A program made the position numbers and the translations under genes. A model generated the notes under the pieces. It made no database searches. It was given only the letters and a program-made list of their open reading frames with translations, and was not told the DNA's origin. 64,000 nt of DNA from Pseudotabrizicola sp. (GTDB taxonomy: Bacteria > Pseudomonadota > Alphaproteobacteria > Rhodobacterales > Rhodobacteraceae), in the NCBI RefSeq assembly GCF_030656345.1, contig NZ_JAUSNR010000014.1:2179-66178 (forward strand). Reading direction: 5' to 3'. Each line of letters begins with the position of its first letter. The stretch's first letter is position 1. Below are positions 42,440-50,381 of this stretch, piece by piece.

Positions 42440-42464
42440 GGAACATTTGCCGCCCCCGCTGGTT
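42440..42464 (+). promoter_or_regulatory. EcfG/RpoE2-type promoter motif
   Basis: GGAAC-N16-GGTT upstream of the BON gene. Confidence 0.65.
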
Positions 42465-42528
42465 TCTTTTGTGCGACTTCCGCGCCGCTCGCGGATGAGA
42501 ACAGATGCCATTCAGGAGGAAAATGGAC

Positions 42529-43251
42529 ATGGCGAATTCACGATACGACGACCGCAGATCCGACCGCAGCCAGCGCGGCGGCAGTCGCGACGAAGATGCG
42601 CGGAACTGGCAAGGCGAGGGTCGCGGTCCTCAGCAACAAGGCGACTGGAGCGGCAATCCTGAGCGGCGCGGGTATGAAGAACAGCGCGGCTATGATGAAC
42701 GCGCGGCTGGCATGGACCCGCAACGCGCGCGTCAACCAGAAGATTCTTTCGTTGCCGGTTTTGGCTATGGCGGCGGTATGGCGTCGGGCGGGCTGGGCTA
42801 TGGTGCAGGCGTGTCAGGCACCGAGGGCTGGCGCGAGAATGAATACCGCGCTGACGCGTCCCGCGGCGGTTATGCCCGCGGCAATGAACGCGGGGTGATG
42901 GCTCGCGCAGGGGATGAAATCGCCTCGTGGTTCGGCGACGAAGACGCCGCCCGCCGGCGTGATCAGGACCACCGTGGCAAAGGCCCGCGCGGCTATCAGC
43001 GGTCAGATGAGCGTATCCGCGAGGATGTCAGCGACCGGCTCAGCGACGACCCGCGCCTTGATGCAAGTGATATCGAGCTGACGGTAGAAGGGGGCGAAGT
43101 CACGCTGTCGGGCGAAGTCGCCTCCCGCTATGCCAAACGCTATGCCGAAGATTGCGCGGATGCCGTGTCGGGCGTGAGTCATGTGCAGAACAATCTGCGG
43201 GTGAAGCGGAGCGGCACCGACAGCACGGGCGGCGCAGGGTCGCAGATCTGA
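42529..43251 (+). CDS. BON domain protein with SWFGD motif
   Basis: DEIASWFGDEDAARRR, GPRGYQRSDERIREDV, VSHVQNNLRV. Confidence 0.9.
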   Translation: MANSRYDDRRSDRSQRGGSRDEDARNWQGEGRGPQQQGDWSGNPERRGYEEQRGYDERAAGMDPQRARQPEDSFVAGFGYGGGMASGGLGYGAGVSGTEGWRENEYRADASRGGYARGNERGVMARAGDEIASWFGDEDAARRRDQDHRGKGPRGYQRSDERIREDVSDRLSDDPRLDASDIELTVEGGEVTLSGEVASRYAKRYAEDCADAVSGVSHVQNNLRVKRSGTDSTGGAGSQI

Positions 43252-43370
43252 AATACGCCTGCGGGAGGTGGCGAAACGTCGCCGCTTGCTGTTGCGACTC
43301 CCTCACCCCCGACAAGACCTGTCGCAATCCGCACTCACGGAACAGACCAATTCCCTAAAAAGGAGATGAC

Positions 43371-43838
43371 ATGACCCGCAATATCACCCTTGGACTGGCG
43401 CTTCCGCTTGTTGTCGCGCTTGGCACCAGCACCGCTGTTTTTGCTCAGGACGCGGCGAGCGGGGCCGACACCGGCATCACCGCCACCGGCACGCCGCTGG
43501 ATTGGGACGACCCGATCAATGAGGCGTTTTTTGACGACATCAGCAGCGGCACGCTGCGCAGTGACGCCGAGATCTCTGCTAACTGGGCCAATCTGACTCC
43601 CGAACAGCAAGACCGCGTGCGTCAGCATTGCCAGATCGTGAACGCGGACCCCGCTGGGACGGATGACGCGGCATCCGCGACGCCAGAGCCAGGCGCAGAC
43701 GGCGCGCTCAGCACCATCGGTTCAGCCGAAGCGGCTGCGGCGGCGCAGGCCGGTGATGCCGGTGCCACTGGTACCCTGACCACCGAGCAGGCTTCGGCCA
43801 ACCTGAGTCAGCTGTGCGGGCTTGTCACCGGCCTTTGA
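43371..43838 (+). CDS. Secreted hypothetical protein
   Basis: AAGGAG RBS, signal peptide ending AVFA-Q, acidic Ala-rich, two Cys. Confidence 0.7.
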   Translation: MTRNITLGLALPLVVALGTSTAVFAQDAASGADTGITATGTPLDWDDPINEAFFDDISSGTLRSDAEISANWANLTPEQQDRVRQHCQIVNADPAGTDDAASATPEPGADGALSTIGSAEAAAAAQAGDAGATGTLTTEQASANLSQLCGLVTGL

Positions 43839-43857
43839 CCCGGTAACCGAAGTTGAC

Positions 43858-43885
43858 GCCGGGGCGGTGCATGATCCGCCCCGGC
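43858..43885 (+). terminator. GC-rich hairpin after 43838
   Basis: GCCGGGGCGG-N8-CCGCCCCGGC. Confidence 0.5.
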
Positions 43886-43903
43886 GCAGAAAGGCCCGCA
43901 CCG

Positions 43904-44269
43904 ATGGCCCTTGAGCTGCGCCAGGTATACCTTGATGCCCTCGCCCAGTTTCTGGAGGCGGCGGCAGTCCTTGCAATTGTGGCAGGTGCGCTGTTTGCGG
44001 TGTGGTCGGCGTTGCGCAGCATGTTGCAGCGCCGCGATGGGAAGCAGATCTTTGACCAGTTCCGGACCCATCTGGCCAAGAGCATCCTGATCGGCGTCGA
44101 ATTCCTGATCGCGTCGGATATCGTTGGCACGGTCACCATAGACCCCACACCGGAAAGCCTTGGCAAGCTGGCAATGATCGTTCTGATCCGCACCTTCCTG
44201 AGCTTTACACTGGAGGTCGAGATCGAGGGCCGATGGCCCTGGCAGCGCAACCGGAAAAGGGACGAGTGA
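43904..44269 (+). CDS. DUF1622 family membrane protein
   Basis: ILIGVEFLIASDIV...IRTFLSFTLEVEIEGRWPW. Confidence 0.88.
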   Translation: MALELRQVYLDALAQFLEAAAVLAIVAGALFAVWSALRSMLQRRDGKQIFDQFRTHLAKSILIGVEFLIASDIVGTVTIDPTPESLGKLAMIVLIRTFLSFTLEVEIEGRWPWQRNRKRDE

Positions 44270-44306
44270 CGGCTTGATTTCGAAGCCACGACGGCCAAGG
44301 CCTCCC

Positions 44307-44331
44307 GGAACAAATATCGTGACTGCAGGTT
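44307..44331 (+). promoter_or_regulatory. EcfG/RpoE2-type promoter motif
   Basis: GGAAC-N16-GGTT upstream of a DUF2934 gene. Confidence 0.65.
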
Positions 44332-44383
44332 TCCAAGTTCCGGCACGGAAGTGCCGCATGTAACCCGGTTGAGGAAGACTGCA

Positions 44384-44677
44384 ATGGACCACGATGAAGA
44401 ACGGATCAGACAACGCGCCTATGCCATCTGGGTGGCCGAAGGTTATCCTGACGGTTGCGATCAAAAGCACTGGCAACAGGCCTGTGACGAATTCTCCGCC
44501 GCATCGGCGGGCTCTGCCGGTTCCGGCGATCAGGATGCGATGACGGACCTGGCCATGTCGGACGATTCCATACAGCCCCAGGGCAACGCGCAGAACGGCG
44601 ATGCGCAGCAGGGCAAAGCCAGCAAGCGGATGCCGCTGGCGTCAAAAGGAATGCGCAATTCGGACAGCGCTATGTAA
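44384..44677 (+). CDS. DUF2934 domain protein
   Basis: EERIRQRAYAIWVAEGYPDG...HWQQA. Confidence 0.85.
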   Translation: MDHDEERIRQRAYAIWVAEGYPDGCDQKHWQQACDEFSAASAGSAGSGDQDAMTDLAMSDDSIQPQGNAQNGDAQQGKASKRMPLASKGMRNSDSAM

Positions 44678-44683
44678 ACAACT

Positions 44684-44770
44684 GGTGGGTCCCGTCGCAT
44701 TGCGCGGGACCCACCCTCGAAACGCCCGCGCCTTAAGTCCGGCACGCCGACAGCGAAACCGCTGTCGGCG
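44684..44770. terminator. Two hairpins between convergent genes
   Basis: GGTGGGTCCCG/CGGGACCCACC (44684-44715) and CGCCGACAGCG/CGCTGTCGGCG (44745-44770). Confidence 0.6.
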
Positions 44771-44780
44771 CACAGGGTCC

Positions 44781-45344
44781 TCAGGCCGCACTGCGGTGGT
44801 TGTGGCGGCCCTCTTTCACCTCTTCGATGATTTTGGCGCAAAAGGCGTCGAGGTCCGACGGCTGACGCGAGGTGATCAGCCCCTGATCGGTCACCACCGC
44901 GCTGTCTTCCCAGACCCCGCCGGCGTTCTGCACATCGGTCCGGATCGACGCATAGGAAGTAACTTTGCGCCCCTTGATGACGCCGGCTTCGATCAGCAGC
45001 CACGGCGCATGGCAGATCGCGGCCACGATCTTGCCCGAGTTGAAAAAGTCACGCACAAACCCGACCGCTGTTTCATCGGCGCGCAGGATGTCCGGGTTGA
45101 TCTGGCCGCCGGGCAGGACCAGCGCGTCGAAATCCTCGACCCGCGCGTCAGACACGGTCAAATCAACATCAACGGACTGGCCCCAGTCTTTCTCGTTCCA
45201 ACCCTTGATGCTGCCGCTTTCCAGCGACACGATTTTGACCTCTGCACCGGCCGCGCGCAGCTGGTTCAGGGGCTCCAGCAGTTCAGATTGCTCGAAGCCA
45301 TCGGTCGCCAGAATAGCGATCCGTGCTTTGGAAATATCTGTCAT
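44781..45344 (-). CDS. PfpI/YhbO (DJ-1 family) stress protein
   Basis: TDGFEQSEL, LPGGQINPD, AICHAPW, TSRQPSDL. Confidence 0.92.
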   Translation of the reverse strand: MTDISKARIAILATDGFEQSELLEPLNQLRAAGAEVKIVSLESGSIKGWNEKDWGQSVDVDLTVSDARVEDFDALVLPGGQINPDILRADETAVGFVRDFFNSGKIVAAICHAPWLLIEAGVIKGRKVTSYASIRTDVQNAGGVWEDSAVVTDQGLITSRQPSDLDAFCAKIIEEVKEGRHNHRSAA

Positions 45345-45459
45345 GGCTTGCTTCCTTTTCAGATTAATCGCTGGCCCGCCTGGGCCGCAAAGAGGAGTCA
45401 GAGGCGATGGCGTGTCTGACCCTTAGGCAGGCTCGCGCTGTCCTCTGTTGTCTGTGTAG

Positions 45460-45484
45460 AACCAACGGCGGGCCATTGGGTTCC
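45460..45484 (-). promoter_or_regulatory. EcfG/RpoE2-type promoter motif
   Basis: Minus strand GGAAC-N16-GGTT facing the PfpI gene. Confidence 0.65.
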
Positions 45485-45536
45485 TCACCCGGAAGAGATG
45501 ACCGCAAGGCAAGCTGACAAGAAACCGGATGTGCAG

Positions 45537-45561
45537 GGAACTGACCCGCCGGTGCATTGTT
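45537..45561 (+). promoter_or_regulatory. EcfG/RpoE2-type promoter motif
   Basis: GGAAC-N16-TGTT facing the topoisomerase IB gene. Confidence 0.65.
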
Positions 45562-45606
45562 GGCAATGGGGCGCTGCCACAGGGCAAGGCGCAGGGAGTT
45601 TTACCA

Positions 45607-46647
45607 GTGGGCAGAGGAAAGGCCGCGCAACCTGAACCTTCCGGGAAGGCAAACCTTGTGCATGTAACAGACGACAGTCCCGGAATTCTGCGCCGACGGG
45701 CGGGCAAAGGGTATGCGTATATCGGACCGGATGGAAAAGTCCTGACCGGGGCCGAGCGGGCGCGGGTCAGCGCTCTGGGCATTCCGCCAGCTTATGTCGA
45801 TGTATGGATCTGTCCGCATCCGGACGGCCATCTTCAGGCCACGGGAAGGGATGCGCGCGGCCGCAAGCAGTATCTTTATCACGCGCTGTGGTCGCATGCT
45901 CAGGCCGAGACAAAGTTCGATCAGCTTCCCCGTTTCGGCGAGGCGCTGCCGGGGCTACGTCGGCAGATCCTGCGCGATCTGCGCGGGGATCTGGGGGACA
46001 AGCGCTTCACGATTGCAGCATTGCTGCTGCTTCTTGATCGCGGCTATCTCCGGGTTGGCAATGCGGCCTATGCGGCGCAGAACAGGTCATTCGGCGCCAC
46101 CACCCTGCTGCGCCGCCACCTGAGCCTCAGCGACGATGCCGTGCATCTGCGCTTCCGGTCCAAGGGCGGCAAACGCGTTCAGCAAACCCTGCGCAACAAG
46201 CGTCTTCACCGTATCATGCAACAGATCGAAGGCCTGCCGGGGCGCAATCTGTTCACCTATATCGACGCGGCAGGCAAGCCCTGCCCGGTCGACTCGTCGG
46301 ATGTGAATGCCTATCTGGCAGATGCTGCGGGGGAAGGACTGACCGCCAAGACGTTCCGGACATGGGGTGGCACCCTTGCCGCGTTCGAGACCGCCCTCGC
46401 GCTGGAGCCGACGCAGCCGCTGTCGATCCGGCTCATGGCAGAGGCTGCGGGAGAGCGGCTTCAGAACACGCCCGCGATCAGCCGAAAATCCTATATTCAC
46501 CCCAAGGTTTTGTCTTTGGCAGACCTGCCCGCCATAAAGCGGGTAAATCTGCTTGAGGCTCTCGATGCGACAAACCGTGCCGACCTGCGTCGGAACGAAA
46601 CAAGGCTGTTGGCCTTTCTGTCGTCGCAGGGCGGTGAGGGTATTTGA
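45607..46647 (+). CDS. Bacterial DNA topoisomerase IB
   Basis: IPPAYVDVWIC, GRKQYLYH, LRVGN, FRSKGGK, KTFRTWGGT, NTPAISRKSYIHP (catalytic Tyr); GTG start with GGAG RBS downstream of the promoter motif. Confidence 0.9.
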   Translation: MGRGKAAQPEPSGKANLVHVTDDSPGILRRRAGKGYAYIGPDGKVLTGAERARVSALGIPPAYVDVWICPHPDGHLQATGRDARGRKQYLYHALWSHAQAETKFDQLPRFGEALPGLRRQILRDLRGDLGDKRFTIAALLLLLDRGYLRVGNAAYAAQNRSFGATTLLRRHLSLSDDAVHLRFRSKGGKRVQQTLRNKRLHRIMQQIEGLPGRNLFTYIDAAGKPCPVDSSDVNAYLADAAGEGLTAKTFRTWGGTLAAFETALALEPTQPLSIRLMAEAAGERLQNTPAISRKSYIHPKVLSLADLPAIKRVNLLEALDATNRADLRRNETRLLAFLSSQGGEGI

Positions 46648-46658
46648 AAGGAAAAGAT

Positions 46659-48005
46659 ATGCGGGCATTCACAGATCATCGGCCTTGGCTTCCGGCAGTC
46701 TGGCCGCGCGGCTTCGCGCGTCAGGTCCTGATTGTCCTTTCCTTGCTTCTGCCGCTCGGCCTTGGCGTGCCGGCCTCGTCCCAGACCGATGCCGCGCCGC
46801 AACTGACCGACGCCCCGATCTCGACCCAACTGACGGCGGCAGATGACGCGCGCATCCGTCAGCGCCTGCAGGAAGTGCTGCTGAATCTGGAGGGGTATCA
46901 GAACGTTGCCATCACTGTCCGCGGCGGCGTGGTCGTCCTCACTGGCCGGGTGCTCAGCTACGAAGAGTTGCAGGCACTGGACCAGATTGCCGACCGTGTC
47001 GAAGGCATCGTCGCGGTTCAGAATTCGGTGGAAGTCACCACCGATGTCCGTGAACGCGTCACACCCGTGCTCGACCGGCTGATGCGTCGGGTGAATGCAT
47101 GGATCGCCATCATCCCGGTTCTGCTGATCGCCGTGGCGGCCGGAGCTTTGGTGATCTGGGTTGGTTTTCGTTTCGCGCAGTTCAGACAGCCCTGGAACCG
47201 CTTGGCCCCGAACGAATTTGTGGCCGAGGTGTTCCGCCAGGTGGTGCGGGTTGCGGCAGTGCTTGCCGGTGCAGTGGTCGCGCTGGATATACTGGGCGCA
47301 TCAGCACTTTTGGGCACTGTGCTGGGGGCTGCGGGCATCTTCGGGCTTGCCGTCGGTTTCGCGGTGCGCGACTCCGTTGAAAACTTCATCGCCTCGATCA
47401 TGCTCAGCCTGCGCAGCCCCTTCCGGCCCCGGGATCTGATCGAGATCGGTGGCGATATCGGCAATGTCGTGAGGCTGACGTCGCGGGCGACCATCCTGAT
47501 CTCGCCGGATGGAAACCACATCAGCATTCCCAACGCCACGGTGTTCAAATCCCGCATCATCAACTACACCCGCCACCCCCGCCGCCGGTTCCGCTTTGAC
47601 CTCGACATCACTTCGACTGGCGCCCTCGGCGGGCTGGACACCATCATGCTTGCGGCGCTGCAGCAGGCGGAATTTGTGCTGCGCGAGCCGGGGCCATCGA
47701 TTCTGGCCACCAGCATCGGCGAGACAGGCGTGCGGTTTCAATGCGTCGGCTGGGTCACAACTGCCGGAGTCAGCTTTGAGGGTGCCCGCAGCAATGCCCT
47801 GAGGCGTGTGGTTGCAGCCGCCGAGGCCGCCGGGGCCCAGGTCGCCCGACAGCAAAAGCTGTATGAGACCGACGGGGTCGCGGGCAAGGTGGACGGCGAT
47901 ATGGGAGGGATGGCGCAGACCGATGCGATCCATCACATCGTCGATGCGGAAATCAGCGACAATGACAGCACGAACCTGCTGGCCGCTGATGTGGAGCAGG
48001 AATAG
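46659..48005 (+). CDS. MscS mechanosensitive channel with N-terminal BON domain
   Basis: VRGGVVVLTG...VAVQN (BON); GLAVGFAVRD, PFRPRDLI, IPN. Confidence 0.88.
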   Translation: MRAFTDHRPWLPAVWPRGFARQVLIVLSLLLPLGLGVPASSQTDAAPQLTDAPISTQLTAADDARIRQRLQEVLLNLEGYQNVAITVRGGVVVLTGRVLSYEELQALDQIADRVEGIVAVQNSVEVTTDVRERVTPVLDRLMRRVNAWIAIIPVLLIAVAAGALVIWVGFRFAQFRQPWNRLAPNEFVAEVFRQVVRVAAVLAGAVVALDILGASALLGTVLGAAGIFGLAVGFAVRDSVENFIASIMLSLRSPFRPRDLIEIGGDIGNVVRLTSRATILISPDGNHISIPNATVFKSRIINYTRHPRRRFRFDLDITSTGALGGLDTIMLAALQQAEFVLREPGPSILATSIGETGVRFQCVGWVTTAGVSFEGARSNALRRVVAAAEAAGAQVARQQKLYETDGVAGKVDGDMGGMAQTDAIHHIVDAEISDNDSTNLLAADVEQE

Positions 48006-48039
48006 TCAGAGTTTATTCGTGAAAAGCCGGCAGGCCAGT

Positions 48040-48083
48040 CCGGCGATCTGCATCCGGACTGAAGAGCCGGTGCAGATCGCCGG
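48040..48083. terminator. Hairpin between convergent genes
   Basis: CCGGCGATCTGCA...TGCAGATCGCCGG. Confidence 0.55.
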
Positions 48084-48088
48084 GCGGT

Positions 48089-48331
48089 TCAGTAGTTTCC
48101 GGGCGGGTCGCTTGCCGGAAAGGATTCATCCGATTGTTCGTCCACAATGCTCCAGCCTTCCGGCGGATCTTTCATGCTGGTCTCACCGGCCGGGCGCACT
48201 TCGGTCGCACGTTGCACCAGATCTTCCGCCTCGGCACGTTCCCAATGCTGCATCGCTTTTCCCTCGGGGCGGCCATCATCTTCCCACAGCTGAAAGGCAC
48301 GCTCCCGGATCAGATGTTCGCGTTCTGTCAT
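48089..48331 (-). CDS. DUF2934 domain protein
   Basis: IRERAFQLWEDDGRPEG...HWERA; tail VDEQSDESFPASDPP. Confidence 0.85.
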   Translation of the reverse strand: MTEREHLIRERAFQLWEDDGRPEGKAMQHWERAEAEDLVQRATEVRPAGETSMKDPPEGWSIVDEQSDESFPASDPPGNY

Positions 48332-48362
48332 CACATCATCTCCTCTGACTGACTTTGGTTGA

Positions 48363-48388
48363 AACCGGCAAGGCGAGCCTATTGTTCC
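48363..48388 (-). promoter_or_regulatory. EcfG/RpoE2-type promoter motif
   Basis: Minus strand GGAAC-N17-GGTT. Confidence 0.6.
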
Positions 48389-48417
48389 CGCATCGCAGAG
48401 AGATCGCAGGTCACACA

Positions 48418-49215
48418 TCACCCTCCCGGCTTTTCTGTCGCCAAGCTGCGTTTCAGGGCGTCGAGGATGCTCACGACATTGTCGGCAGTCCCGGCCTTCG
48501 CCTTCGCTTTGGCGGGCTTTTTCCGGCCCTTCTTCTTGGCCGCCAGAATTTCGAGCAGCCGGTCCTGTACCGGATCTTTGGTCATCTCTGGTGACCAGTC
48601 GGCCTTGCGTTCGGTGATCAGCCGCTTCACCAGTTTCATCAGCGCAGGCGCGGGTTTTTCGGAAGTTGCGGTGCCAAAATAATCCGCCTCGTCCCGCACT
48701 TCATCGCCATAGCGCAGGGTCCAGACGATAAGGCCCTGCCCCCGCGGTTTCAGCATCACCGCGCGCTCGCGCCGGTAGAGGACAAGCCGGGCGATGCCCA
48801 CGGTGCCGGTGGCTGCCATCGCCTCACGGATGACGGAAAATGCCTCTTCGCCCACCCGGTCGGCGGGCGACAGGAAATGCGGGCGATCGTACCAGATCCA
48901 GCCGATCGAGTCCGCTGGCACAAAGGTTTCAATGTCGATCGTGCGGGTGCTTTCCAGCGCCACGCTGTCCAGCTCGTCATCTTCCAGCACGACATAGTCG
49001 TCTTCACCGCGCGGATAGCCCTTTGCCTCGTCACCATCGCGCACCGGCTTGCCGCTGACCGCATCGACATAGCGGCTGACGACCCGGTTGCCGGTTCTGG
49101 CATTCATCGTGTGAAAGCTTACCTTTTCCGATGCCGTGATGGCGGGTGTCATGGTGACGGGACAGGTCACCAACGATAGTTTCAGGTATCCTTTCCAGAA
49201 CGGGCGCGGGGCCAT
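48418..49215 (-). CDS. ku: NHEJ Ku protein
   Basis: RPFWKGYLKLSLVTCPV, IDIETFVP, LRYGDEVR, basic tail. Confidence 0.93.
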   Translation of the reverse strand: MAPRPFWKGYLKLSLVTCPVTMTPAITASEKVSFHTMNARTGNRVVSRYVDAVSGKPVRDGDEAKGYPRGEDDYVVLEDDELDSVALESTRTIDIETFVPADSIGWIWYDRPHFLSPADRVGEEAFSVIREAMAATGTVGIARLVLYRRERAVMLKPRGQGLIVWTLRYGDEVRDEADYFGTATSEKPAPALMKLVKRLITERKADWSPEMTKDPVQDRLLEILAAKKKGRKKPAKAKAKAGTADNVVSILDALKRSLATEKPGG

Positions 49216-49224
49216 TGCGCGCCC

Positions 49225-49401
49225 TCAGCAGTCGTTGCTTTTGTCGATCCGGCCCGGATGAACCTTGTCTTCGCACATTGCCGAGTCCGGGTTGCGCCCG
49301 CCGGGGATCGCAGGTTTGTCGCTGTCCTGCGCCTTTGCCTTTTCGCGCAGCGTGTCGGGCGCAACGCCCTTTTCCTCCGGGGTGCGGTCTGCTGGGGTCA
49401 T
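49225..49401 (-). CDS. Small hypothetical protein upstream of ku
   Basis: 58 aa, AGGAAAGGA RBS, lies between the promoter motif and ku. Confidence 0.5.
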   Translation of the reverse strand: MTPADRTPEEKGVAPDTLREKAKAQDSDKPAIPGGRNPDSAMCEDKVHPGRIDKSNDC

Positions 49402-49431
49402 GGCGAAGTCCTTTCCTGGCTGTCCAGCGGC

Positions 49432-49456
49432 AACGGCGCTGCGCCGCATTTGTTCC
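49432..49456 (-). promoter_or_regulatory. EcfG/RpoE2-type promoter motif
   Basis: Minus strand GGAAC-N16-CGTT (full consensus). Confidence 0.75.
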
Positions 49457-49481
49457 CGCAGATGGCCTGCGCGCTGCCCCG

Positions 49482-49506
49482 GGAACCTTTGCCGTTCCAT
49501 GCGGTT
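49482..49506 (+). promoter_or_regulatory. EcfG/RpoE2-type promoter motif
   Basis: GGAAC-N16-GGTT facing ku-ligD. Confidence 0.7.
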
Positions 49507-49541
49507 GAAGTCGGATGGGCAACGGCAGGCATGGAAAACCG

Positions 49542-50378
49542 ATGGCACCGCGCGCAAACTGGAAGGGCACGCTGAAAATCGCCGAGGTCGCGTGCCCGGT
49601 CGCCCTTTACACGGCGGCGTCGACGTCTGACCGGATATCCTTTCACACGATCAACCGCGCCACGGGCAACCGGGTCCATCGGGAGTTCGTGGATTCCGAA
49701 ACCGGCAAGCCGGTGGAAAAGGATGATCAGGTCAAAGGTTATGAGCTGTCGGAAGGGGAGCACATCATCCTGCAACCTGAAGAAATCGCAGCCGCGATCC
49801 CCGGCAGCGACAAGGTGCTGGCGGTAGAGGCGTTTCTGCCCTGTGGTGAAGTGGATGACACCTATTTCGACAAACCCTATTACCTTGCCCCCACCGGTGC
49901 CGCCGCTGCCGAAGCCTTTGCGCTGATCCGTGATGGGCTGGTGGCGACGAAAACGGCGGCCATCGCGCGCACCGTGCTGTTCCGCCGGATGCGCACCGTG
50001 ATGATCCGCGCCCACGGGAACGGTCTGATCGCCACGACGCTGAATTTTGACTACGAGGTCCGGTCGGCAGAAGATGCTTTCAAATCCATCGCCAAGATCA
50101 AGATGGACGGCGAGATGCTGGATCTGGCGCGCCACATCATTGAAACCAAATCCGGTAAGTTTGACCCCGCAGCGTTTGATGACAGATACGAGGCTGCGCT
50201 TGCAGATCTGGTCAAGGCCAAGTCTGAGGGGCGCAAGATTGCCCCGCGCCCCGAACCCAAGCGCGACACCGTTGTCGACCTGCGCGAGGCACTGCGCCTG
50301 AGCGCGCAGAAAAGCGGCAAGGCGAAAGCACCGCGCAGCAGCAAAAAGCCCGAAGCGCCAAAGCGCAAGGCGGGCTAG
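49542..50378 (+). CDS. ku: NHEJ Ku protein (second paralogue)
   Basis: RANWKGTLKIAEVACPVALY, YFDKPYYL, LNFDYEVR, basic tail. Confidence 0.93.
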   Translation: MAPRANWKGTLKIAEVACPVALYTAASTSDRISFHTINRATGNRVHREFVDSETGKPVEKDDQVKGYELSEGEHIILQPEEIAAAIPGSDKVLAVEAFLPCGEVDDTYFDKPYYLAPTGAAAAEAFALIRDGLVATKTAAIARTVLFRRMRTVMIRAHGNGLIATTLNFDYEVRSAEDAFKSIAKIKMDGEMLDLARHIIETKSGKFDPAAFDDRYEAALADLVKAKSEGRKIAPRPEPKRDTVVDLREALRLSAQKSGKAKAPRSSKKPEAPKRKAG

Positions 50379-50381
50379 GCA

